Origin: Verrucomicrobia subdivision 3 bacterium UBA6082
GTDB lineage: Bacteria; Verrucomicrobiota; Verrucomicrobiia; Limisphaerales; UBA8199
Length of the DNA: 64,000 nt
NCBI GenBank assembly: GCA_002428665.1
Contig: DIXK01000061.1
Location: forward strand, 20,694-84,693
Direction of reading: 5' to 3'
The first letter of the stretch is position 1, and every line of letters starts with the position of its first letter. A program made the position numbers and the translations under genes. Below are positions 17,952 through 28,800 of this stretch, piece after piece. Under the pieces are notes generated by a model, which saw only the letters and a program-made list of their open reading frames with translations, was not told the DNA's origin and made no database searches.

Positions 17952-19541
17952 ATGAAAGCAGACTTGGTGATCATTGGTGGTGGCCTTGGCGGTTGCGCTG
18001 CGGCGCTAGCAGCAGCCCGGAACGGCCTTAGCGTCATTCTTACGGAGGAAACCGACTGGATTGGGGGGCAGCTTACCTCCCAAGCCGTTCCCCCTGACGA
18101 AAACCCCTGGATAGAAACCTTTGGCGGCACCCATACCTACCTCGACCTCCGTCGGCGGATTCGTGATTACTACCGCAGGAACTACCTGCTTACGCCCGCA
18201 GCCCGGTCCCAGCCCTATCTGAACCCGGGGAATGGGTGGGTTTCACGTCTATGTCATGAACCACGAGTCGCGCTGGCCGTGCTGCAAGAAATGCTGGCCC
18301 CTTACGTGGCCGGATTCAAGATACGGGTCCTGACCGGATACAAGCCGGTGCGGGCGACTGTTTCAGGCGACAAAGTCAAGGACGTGACCTTGGCCGGGAT
18401 CACCGAAGGTGATGAACTCGTGTTGGAGGCTCCTTATTTTGCGGATGCAACCGAACTGGGCGATCTGCTGCCATTGACTGGCACGGAGTATGTCACCGGG
18501 GCGGAATCGCAGAAAGACACGGGCGAACCGCATGCACCAACCGCGGCGGCGCCGCAAAACATGCAGGCTTTCACCGTGTGTTTTGCCATGGATTTCGTGG
18601 AAGGTGAGGACCATGTTATTAATCGTCCGGAGGAGTATGCTTTTTGGCGGGATTACGTGCCGAGCATGCGCCCACCCTGGCCAGGAAAGTTGTTGGCGTG
18701 GGAATATGGCGACCCAAACACGCTTCAGCCGAAGAAGCTGGAGACGGATCCCGCACGCGGGCTTGGCTTGTGGTCATACCGCAGGATTGCCGATAAGAGC
18801 TTGTTCGTGCCAGGTGCCTTTCCGGGAGACATCTCCCTGGTAAACTGGCCGCAGAATGATTATTGGCTGGGCAACCTGTATGAAGTGCCGGCGGCTGAAG
18901 CGGCCAGGCACTTGCATCGTGCTAAACAGCTAAGTCTTTCACTGCTTTACTGGCTGCAAACCGAGGCCCCGAGAAGTGATGGCGGAACCGGCTGGAAAGG
19001 GCTACGACTGCGCCCGGATGTGGTCGGTACCCGGGACGGCTTGGCGAAGTATCCCTATATTCGTGAGAGCCGACGAATTCGGGCCGAGTTTACGGTGGTG
19101 GAACAGCACGTCTCAACACAGTTTCGGATGCAGGAAACCGGGGTGAGCCAATTGGAAGTCACTGCAGTTCCCTTCAACGATTCTGTAGGGATTGGCAGCT
19201 ATCGAATCGACCTGCATCCCAGCAGCGGCGGAGATGGATCGATCGACATCAGTTCCCTGCCCTTCCAAATCCCGTTTGGTTCCCTGCTCCCATGCCGTAT
19301 GGAGAACCTGTTGCCGGCCTGCAAAAACCTGGGGGTAACGCACATCACCAACGGCTGTTTCCGCTTGCACCCGGTCGAGTGGAACATCGGCGAAGCAGTG
19401 GGATCTCTTGCAGCATTTTGCCTCGCCCGAAAAAGAGTCCCGCGCGAGGTGCGTCAGAAAGCTGACCTGTTGACAGACTTCCAGCAGTTGCTCACTGGGC
19501 AAGGCATACCCCTCGCCTGGCCTGAAGCTACGCCCCGATGA
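17952..19541 (+). CDS. FAD-dependent oxidoreductase
   Basis: N-terminal Rossmann dinucleotide motif DLVIIGGGLGGCAAALAAARNG...EETDWIGGQ. The 529-aa body resembles the FAD_oxidored family common in PVC and Bacteroidota genomes. Confidence 0.75.
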   Translation: MKADLVIIGGGLGGCAAALAAARNGLSVILTEETDWIGGQLTSQAVPPDENPWIETFGGTHTYLDLRRRIRDYYRRNYLLTPAARSQPYLNPGNGWVSRLCHEPRVALAVLQEMLAPYVAGFKIRVLTGYKPVRATVSGDKVKDVTLAGITEGDELVLEAPYFADATELGDLLPLTGTEYVTGAESQKDTGEPHAPTAAAPQNMQAFTVCFAMDFVEGEDHVINRPEEYAFWRDYVPSMRPPWPGKLLAWEYGDPNTLQPKKLETDPARGLGLWSYRRIADKSLFVPGAFPGDISLVNWPQNDYWLGNLYEVPAAEAARHLHRAKQLSLSLLYWLQTEAPRSDGGTGWKGLRLRPDVVGTRDGLAKYPYIRESRRIRAEFTVVEQHVSTQFRMQETGVSQLEVTAVPFNDSVGIGSYRIDLHPSSGGDGSIDISSLPFQIPFGSLLPCRMENLLPACKNLGVTHITNGCFRLHPVEWNIGEAVGSLAAFCLARKRVPREVRQKADLLTDFQQLLTGQGIPLAWPEATPR

Positions 19542-19870
19542 AACACACTCGGAACCATGTGCTAGTCCTGGTAACCGCGCCAAACTTGAAGACTGCGCAC
19601 CGCCTGACAAAAAGCATACTGACTGGAAGACTAGCCGCCTGCGTCAACCTGATGCCTAAGGTGGAATCCCATTACTGGTGGCAAGGCAACCAGGAAACCA
19701 GCGCCGAGGTGCTGATGATCATTAAGACGACGACCGGAAAGCTCAAAGAGTTGGAGACCGCGATTCTGGCAGGGCATCCTTACGAAACGCCGGAATTTGT
19801 GGTACTGCCAATCAAAGCCGGCAGCCGCGATTACCTGGCATGGCTTTCTGCTTCCGTCCGGTCGAGTTAA
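19538..19870 (+). CDS. cutA: Divalent-cation tolerance protein CutA
   Basis: LAACVNLMPKVESHYWWQGNQETSAEVLMIIKTT...GHPYETPEFVVLPI matches the CutA1 pattern. ATGA overlap with the upstream gene. Confidence 0.85.
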   Translation: MKHTRNHVLVLVTAPNLKTAHRLTKSILTGRLAACVNLMPKVESHYWWQGNQETSAEVLMIIKTTTGKLKELETAILAGHPYETPEFVVLPIKAGSRDYLAWLSASVRSS

Positions 19871-19876
19871 CGCGCC

Positions 19877-22800
19877 TTAAGGCACGACTCGATACCACTT
19901 CGGAATCGATCCGACATCGTCGTAAACCACGAATTCGTCACCCTCGATGGTAACGGGCAGTGGGGAATTCTGCCATACCCCGGTAAGGCCAATGGGGTAA
20001 TAGAACTGAAGAATAAACCCAGCGTATTCAATGGGCCAAGAGATGCGCACGCGGTTTCCCGGAAGATACTGAATCGTGAGGGGTGCGGTAAAGATCTGGG
20101 AGTGCGACATGTGGTTTAGCCGGTAGAACCCGGAGGTGCCTGTCGCTGTCGTCACTTCAATCGCGGGATAAGGGGTTGGGGCCACTATAGGACGGGTGAC
20201 GGGCCGCCAATCCGGCGGGAAGAGCCCGGGGCTGAACTCCACATAATACAGCTCACCCTCGATACCGTTCCAACTCAGCACAGGACCGCTTGGGGGTATG
20301 GCGGGGCTAACGGTCATTCGCAAAGGCTGACCGCTTTCCAACCGGTCACCGACCGGCGTCGAAGCGCGGATAGTGTAGGCGACGTTGGTTGATTCCCGGT
20401 TGTGTAGCCCGAGATACCAACGACCACGCAGGTCTGGCAGTTCATATTGAGGACGCAGCACGATTTGCTCCGGGCCACGGCCGGTCCGCAGACTTGTGCG
20501 GAAGTAAGGCGCCATGCCGGAGGGTTGATAGCGTTGCAGTACGAGATCGAGATCTCCGGTGGTGTCATAGAGCTCGAACAACACCGCATCCACGTAATTG
20601 CTGATAGTAAACTCAAAGAAGAAGTCTCGAGGCGGCCCCGGGGGAGCCACATACTCGTTGGTCAGACTGGCCACATACGGGACGTGATTTGTCAGCGGAA
20701 TAATCGCGGGGTAGTTGGTCACAGTCGAGTAGCAAACCTGCACGGTGAAAGGCACGTTGGTAGCCTCAGAATTGAATACCCCGGCGTACCACCGTCCATA
20801 ATTCTGCAGCGGGTACGGGGTCGTGTTCGTCATCAGCATGATGATTTCGTCGTTGGTGCTGTTGGCCTGTGAGAGGTAATCGTAATTTCTCAGATCCGGC
20901 AAAGGCAGCGACTGGCTAAACACGACTGTCACATTGGTTCTCACCCCAGAGAGCCAGAAGACCACGTCCCGGGGCGCATCGCCGGGTGGCACAGCATTCG
21001 TCGGAACATCGAATTGGAAGTAGCGCGGGATGCCAGCAGGACCAACGTAATTGGTCTGTGGCTGGCAATTAGTCAGCGGTGTGACATCAAACCAAACACC
21101 GAGGGCGAAGGTTACGGCAACCGGGAGAGGATTGGTGATGGCCAGATAATAACTCTGTCCTGGAGTAATGAATGGCGGGGGCAGAGTATTGGTGCTGAGC
21201 ACCGCTACGCCATTCGACGCTGGCCCGATCAGGGCTGGCGGCGTCAACACGGTCGGGAAGGCGTTTGTGTCCAGGAATATGCTGAGGGGCGCTCCATCAC
21301 CGTTCAACCGGTTGGTGGCGAAGACCAGCACGTTGGTCGCATAGGAAGCCCACTGTGGCGCCGGCACGATAAAGTTCTGACTGCCGCCGGCAGTAAGACT
21401 GTTGGTATAGACCATTCCGTGAACCAGAGTTGCGGGAGCAGGTTGGACGCCGGGAACCAGCTTAAAATCAATCTGCCATTGAACTAATTCCGGGTTGTTG
21501 TTCGTTGCGCCTGCACGGGTGTCAATGATCTCCAAAGTCCACAACCCGTAAGCATCCTCACCGATCAGGGCGTCAAGGGATTCCTCTGGAAGGTAAGAGA
21601 GTTCTGCGGGGAATTCCGTTAACGCCACCGAATCGACCATGGTACCCGGGAGCAGCCCTTCGAGGCTCAGCACGGTATTCGTCTGGTAGGCAGTAAAGGT
21701 AACTATGCGGGTGTCCCAGGCGGCATTGTTGCCGTAACCCACATCCATCTGCACGTTATCAATTAAGAGTCTGGTTTTGGCCAGACTGTATGAGGGTGCG
21801 GCTGAGAGGTCGGCTTTGCCCGCGTTCCAGGCCGCACTGATCGCTGAAATCTCGGTCGGGGTCAACACCCGGCCATAAACGGTAAGTTCATCGAGATAAC
21901 CGGTGAAAGGCTCTGACTGGTCTTCCCGGCTGCGATTGCCGATAGCCACTCCAGGCAAGTAACGTTCATCCAGGTTACCGAATGGGAACATGCCCGTATA
22001 GTTGCTGGCCACTAGTGAACCATTCACGTAGAGCCGGAGTTGGTTCGTAATAAACGGCGCATCGGGAATCGCCACGAAAGGCTCAAATACCGCCGCTACG
22101 TGTTGCCACGCGTCCTCCGCGATGGGAGCGTCAGCGGTCACTAGATCCGTGCCACAAATCACGTTCAATCCATCGTCGATGTGCAGGCGGAGGTTTCGCT
22201 GGCCCTGAATGCCTGAACGCTCAAGAGCCAAATAATAGGGATCGAAACATCCACGGTCGTCCCCGCGGAAGAAGAGTTGCTCCGCACCAAAATAGTTGGT
22301 GTGCGGCTCAGCGTAGACCCAGGTCTCAATGGTAAACCCATTGGTGAGGCGCAGGTTCTCGGGATCGGCCAACTCAATCTTGGCAGCCACGCGGTTCGTG
22401 TCACGGCCTGGCAGGTACAGAGACTGATTCCCAACCAGCGCCGCGACGCTATTGGTCGCACGATTGATAAAGGCCCCCTCGTTTCCACCCAGTAGGTCCC
22501 GAGCCCGACCGCTATAAGGGGATATATCGCCATTCCACCAACTCACAGCACCCGGACCGCGTAACGCATAGGAGAGCTGATAACGGCGGCCAACCACCGT
22601 CGGCAAATCGCACTCGATCCGCCCTAGCGAGAGCGCCAGCCAATTGGTGCCCTCCATGTCCATCACATTATTACTGACCACCGTTACTGAGCCACTGACC
22701 ACCCGCCAGTTTCTGCTGCCGAAACCGTTGGTTTGGCCTTGAATGGTTGAGCCGGCACCGTAGTCACCCGGTGGCGCGTCCTCAAAGCCATTAGCAAAGA

Positions 22801-25800
22801 CCTGTTGCGGCGGGAAGTTCGACACCGAGAATGGCCAGGAAGCGAACTTGATCGGAATTCGGGCAACATTGGTGTTGTCCGTGAAATGCATCAGGCCATT
22901 CACGTAGTTAGTGCTGAGCGACGAAAGGACAAAGTTTTCCAAAGCCACATTCGGATCGACCGATCGAACCACCAACCCTGCACGGTTCGTCCCCGGACCG
23001 TTGGTTGCGAACAACAAAGGGTTTTCGAAATCAATGGAAACTGTCTCCCACACAGGGCCGTTGGTCCAAGTCAGCCCGTTAGTAATGGTAAAGCTCTCGG
23101 TGCCGTTGATCGTAGTGATCTCCAGCGTGTGGGCCACCGGGCAGCCAAGAACATTGGTGCCGTACTTGCCCAACGAACCCGCAGCGAAAATCGCCCCTAC
23201 CTCGCAGTCGGTTAGTGCCCGTCGATACAGACCGAACTCATCGAAACCGCCCGAGAACGTGGCCAGATTGCTCACACTGCCAGGGTGGAATCCAAAATAA
23301 AGGTCGCCGTAGGTGCGGGGAACAAGGTCACCACCCAGAACACGCGACGCCACCATCTGGCCGTTTGCGAAGAGTTTTACGGTCCCAGCCGCAGGCTCAA
23401 AAGTCATCGCTACGTGCTGCCAACCACTGTTAGTTATGGAGTTGGTCGGAGAGAGCAGCGGGTACGAAAGACCGTTCGTTGTCCAGACCACGGCGGCAAG
23501 GGCGCCGGGAACCAAGCTGGTCCGGTTCGTCCCCCCCAGCCAGAACTGAACTCCCTGGGTAGGTTCAGCAACTGAATTCGTGGACGCGAGACTCCATTCG
23601 GCTATCGGTGCTGGAGTCTGAACCCGACGAAAGACCTCGGTTGTCTTGAAGCTGTCCAGGAACATACCGCCGTTTCCACTATTCAAGCTGGTGAGCGTTA
23701 ATTTCGTCACTGGAGCAGTGGCGGTAAAAACGCGTGAGGTCGTAAACCAATTCAGATTGGCGTACGTATTGGACGCGGCATAGCTCAGTCGCCACGCATC
23801 CTGACCGGTGATCGAGACTTCCGCACTGGCAACAAACGACGGGTTTAGAGTGCCGGGGTTCCTGGAGTAAGCAAACTCCAACAGATAATCCCGGCCAGGA
23901 GTCGTATTGAAATCAATCGACACCGCCCCGGTCGTATTACCGTTCAAGTCGATGCAGTTCGTTCCTGAATGAGGCTTGGTGTTGAAAGGCGCCTGAAGCG
24001 CCAGAACGTCGATATCACCGCTCTCAACCGACCAACCTGACACGATCGATCCGGCAAGAACGGCAAACCTAGGTACCTCGTTTTCGAATCCGTTGTCCAG
24101 CGCCACCGCGCCTCGAATGAGGGTCGGGTCATCGGAGACATCCTTTGGCTTAACCCACCCCTCAATGCTGAAACCAGTTCGACCGGCCCCGAGATCCAGT
24201 TCTGGTGCCGCGGGAATCTTTACACTGGTCCTAATGCCATCACCGAAGAAGGCGCGGCTCACATAGCCGTCATCGAACATCGCGTAGCTGTTTGTGGCGA
24301 CCGAGAAGATGTCACCGCCTCCCGCCAGCAAGCCGTCCCAGCCACCGAAAATGTCATTGGCATCCTGCTCGAACGGCCACCAACCAACTGTGCCTACGAG
24401 ATAGGGAGCGTGGGTAACCTGGTATTCCAGGCGATAGGCAGTTGAGTTGGTGGTAGGCAGGGAATTGGAGATAGCACCATAACCGAGCGAGAGAAACTGG
24501 TTGCTCCTCCATGAGAGGCTGTAGTCGGGCAAGACTGCGACGAAGTTGCTTAGCACGTCCCATCCCTGGAACCGAGCACCCGGAGCGTAAAGTCCAACCG
24601 GCGAAGCGTCGAAGTCGTTAGTCCAAAAGCGGGCGAAATTGGTGGTCGCAAAGACCGGCAGGCCAAACTCATTGGTCACGGTGCTCATGGAACCAAGTCC
24701 CTCGGTGGATCCCGCCCCCCGGTTCTCAAACAGCAGAATCCGCGTGCCCGTTGGGCTGATCAGTGTCAGCGCCAAGTCGGAAATCCGATCGTGCCGGATC
24801 AGCACACCAACATCCAAGTCGGACACACTCAACCGGTTGGTGACAAAAATCGTAGAATAAGTGACCGCGTCATCGAGCAGCGGCACACCACCGAGCGAAC
24901 TGGGAATCGAGGTGCCGACCATAAACGGGTTGAGTTGCACCTCAGCGGTCAAACGAATGCGCTGCACATTGAGGCTCGGATTGAAGACGCCGATGAAATA
25001 CCGGCCGGGCGCCAAAGGCGGGACAGAATAGGGCGTGATGGAAAGGCAATTCCCAGGCGGATTAATGTCGAGTTTGTGATCGTACGTATCACGACTCGGA
25101 GCGTAACCATTGGCTACATAGAGTTCGATGGGATCGGTATTGCCGGAGACGCACACGATAAGATTGGTGGCGTTCGGGGGAACGTCGATAGAATCATAGG
25201 TCCACGAGTTCGGCAACAAATCGCGCTCCGTAGCTGATCCTGGCGAAATATTCTGGGGTTCAAGCCTAACCAGGAACCGGTCCACACGACCGGTGCTGGC
25301 CGGGAAATTGTTCACCATGTTAAACAGCCACACACCCACACCCTCCTCGCCGATGAACTCTTTCAGGTCGCCCGGTCCATCGGGAGGACGCGAAAACGCG
25401 ATGTCCCCTTCCCCGTTGTCCTCGTAGATATAGTCCAGCGTATTGGTAATGCAATCGCCTCCCGCATCGGTGATGCAGGTTTTATTGTTGAGCACGGAGA
25501 ACGTGCGTCCGTGGGCGATGGTGCCGATGAGGTTACCCGGGAACGAGTGGGTAAAGGTATTTGTCACCACAACCCGACGGATCGTGATCGGCTGGATGGA
25601 CAAGGCGATGATCTGGGCCGCCTGTGGCTGTTCCGTTGTGCCCTCGGGGATCACTACGGGAACGGGTAATCCAAAAAGGGTCTGGTTGCCGGAGCCATCG
25701 GTCGCGGCAAACGGGTTCTCACTGAAGATTCCCAAGAAACTATATTCTGCGGCTTGTTGGTCTTCCGATTTTACCCCCACGTAATATACAGCTCCCGGTT

Positions 25801-28800
25801 CGGCGTTCGACAGGGCAATGACTTCCGTCCCGCCACGCCCTTGCGATTTCATTGCCGTGCTGATCGCGACTGGATCGAGATTCGTCAATCCAGGGTTGGT
25901 GGTCACATACAGATCAATGTCGGCCTCCAGTCGGGTGGCATTGTCGGGGTCGCTTTCATCCACGCCCATTCGGGGAATCGCCAACGTCGGAGGCAGGAAC
26001 GTGACGAACGCCGCATTGGTAAAGCTCATTTCATTGGAGAGCGTGTAGAAATGCCATTGGTTCGTCATGCCTGTCATGAGATTGGCACCGCCGGGAAGCG
26101 GCAACGTATTGGTACCGATGAGCGGCGTGTTGGCGCCTACATGTTGGCCAGTGAGCAGCCCACCTGTGACCCGAGCGCCCGGGTTATCCGGAAAACCGTT
26201 CGTCATATAGGTCACAAACGGCACCGTGAGAGTAACCGTTGCAGTGCTGGCCAAGCTCAGGGCGTTGGTCAGATCGCCGTTGCCACTCGAGAGGACCAGG
26301 GCAAAATCCTGCACCACGTTGTCGGGGTGAGCCGTCACCGCATTGACGTTGACGTGACGGGCGATGACCGAGATCGAGTAATTGGTGCCGAGCGGTTCTT
26401 TGAGGTAAACGTTTTCAACGTTATTGACTACGTCGATGTTGGGAGCATTGTTTGTGCTCCAACTCAAGACAAAGTCGTTACCGTCCTGAAAATCGTTACC
26501 GAAGAAGACCTCACCCGTGTCCAGGTTAGTGACGACGAGATCGAGGTCGTTTACCAATTTGACGCCCGCCACTGGGTTACCCGGCGGATCGGTCCAAACC
26601 AACGTGGCGCGTAACGGCTGGTTCCGCGCGCCCTCAGACAACTGGAGAACCCGCGTTTCGGTCTGGCCGGTAGCAAGGGCGTTGGTTGGGCTTTGATCGA
26701 AGGCGAAGACTGGGGATGATGTGGCACCAGTAATGGCATTTGAAAGTGCCCCCGGCAGGCTGTTCGGCAGGTTTACCAGGCCCCATCCCTGGTAGTTGAT
26801 GGCGTTCTGAACCTGAAGATCGTAGATATCGCTAGCGGAACGGGCGCCGTTGATCAATAACGCCTTCATCAAGGCTGGGCTGTTGGTGCGTCCCAGGTTG
26901 TTGATGAAAAAGTCATGCATGAGCGCCAGAGTTCCCGCCACCTGGGCCGCCGCCAGGCTCGTGCCCGATTCGTAACGATAAAACTGCCCGAGTTGATCGT
27001 TGGCCTCACGCAAGACGTCGAAGTAATTCCCATTCTCGTTCGTCGTAACAAGCACCGTCTCCAGATTGAACGTGACATCCTGATTGGTGTTATTGCCGAT
27101 CTGGTAATCGAGGTAATCATTGAATGGCCCGAGCGGTGCGTCCGGTGGCAAGGTCACCACGTTATTCGCCACAAACGCATTGTTGATGTAAATGGGAAGA
27201 TCGGCTCCCAAAGGGCGAATGGCTGTGGCACGAATGATCAACTGAACCGCGTTATCCGGAATGTAAATCCCAGTGCGATACATGTCGTTCGTTGTTACCA
27301 CCAGGCCAGGTATGAAGTCAACCGACCGGCTAGTAGCATTATAGTAAGCGTCCTCGTCCCATTGGGAGGACCGAGTGGAAACAACGAAGGTGCCGGGCGC
27401 TACAAGATCGGGCTTGAACCGGCCAAACTCGCCCTCTATCCCGATACCCACATTGCCACGTCTGGAGAATCCGGCAACCTCGGTGTATGAGTCAGTTGTC
27501 GCCTTCCAAACCGCGTTGGTTTGGCAATTGTTGCCGGAATCGCATTCGTAAACCTCGTTGGTAATACCGCGCTTCAACTCGGTGGCTCCCACTGTGATAA
27601 CGTTCTTTGCGGTGCCGGGTGATCGAATAGTATCGGGAACACCGCCCAGACCGTCATTATTCGCGGCACCGCTCCACTCGTCTAAAAGCCCAGAATTGCC
27701 TGAGGGAAAAACGTAGAGGACGGGTTGGGAGCCAGTCACCCGTGGTAGTGAATCTCTGACCGCCGCATCGTAACTGGCAGCCGCGAGGTCGTATTCGCTG
27801 GATCTCAGGTATTGCCAACTGTTGTTGGAAATCAGCGCATTAGTTAACGCCGCGCCTTCTTGCAGATACCAGTCCGGTTCCGTAAAAGGCATGGAGAAGA
27901 TCTTCGCCCCCGGCGCATGCCCGCGAAACTGACCTGCCACTGGCGGCAACGGAGACCCCTGCGCATTGGAAATGCTCTGAGACTCGGCGCCGTCGCCCGC
28001 GATAATTCCTGCCACGAAGGTGCCGTGCCCGTTGGTGTCCACCAAACTTATAGCGCTGTCACCCGTCACCCGAGGTGCCAGCAAAGCCGGATGGCTGGCG
28101 TCCACACCGGTATCATTCACATTGACGATCACGTTGGTCCCGGTCAGGCCAAAGTGGTTGCCATTGGTAATAGCATCAGGGGCCACGTGGAGCACAGGAC
28201 GGCTCAGATCGTTTGCCAGAACGCGAATTCCGGCCAACTCGATCGCCTGCACTCCCGGCAATGCAGCTATTCCCGACAGGCTGGCAGACGCAGGCCGCAC
28301 TTTCAAAACAGGCCCAAAGGGAGAGCGATCTTCGCCCAGTATGGCTATTTGAAGGTCCTGAACACGGCTGACTGTCTCTTCCATCAAGTCGGCAAAAAGC
28401 AGTAGGTTTAAGGTGGCCTCTTGAGGCAACGCCTGCTGGTTGACAGCCAACGGCAAGAGCGAAGCACGGAGCTTGTAATACGGTTCGTAGGGCAGGACAG
28501 CACGTGTTTGGTCAAGGCTCTCCAGGCTGCTTGCGGCGGCGCCGGAAGCCCTGACGAGATAGGCGTTGTTGGGGATGTATGAAATGACCGTGGCACCAGC
28601 CTGCTTCAATGCCCAGCGGAATTGGTCGTCCACCGGTCCCCTTGCCTGTACGATGTAGGCCCCCGGCTCCCCCTGGGCGCGCAGATGGTCGGGAATGCGC
28701 AACTCGCCCGAAATCGTTGTGTCCAAGAGACCGTTCTCGAGGATGATTGCGGTGGGATTGCGGGCCAGACGAGAAAGCGGCTCGGGGGTGTTGCTGAGCC

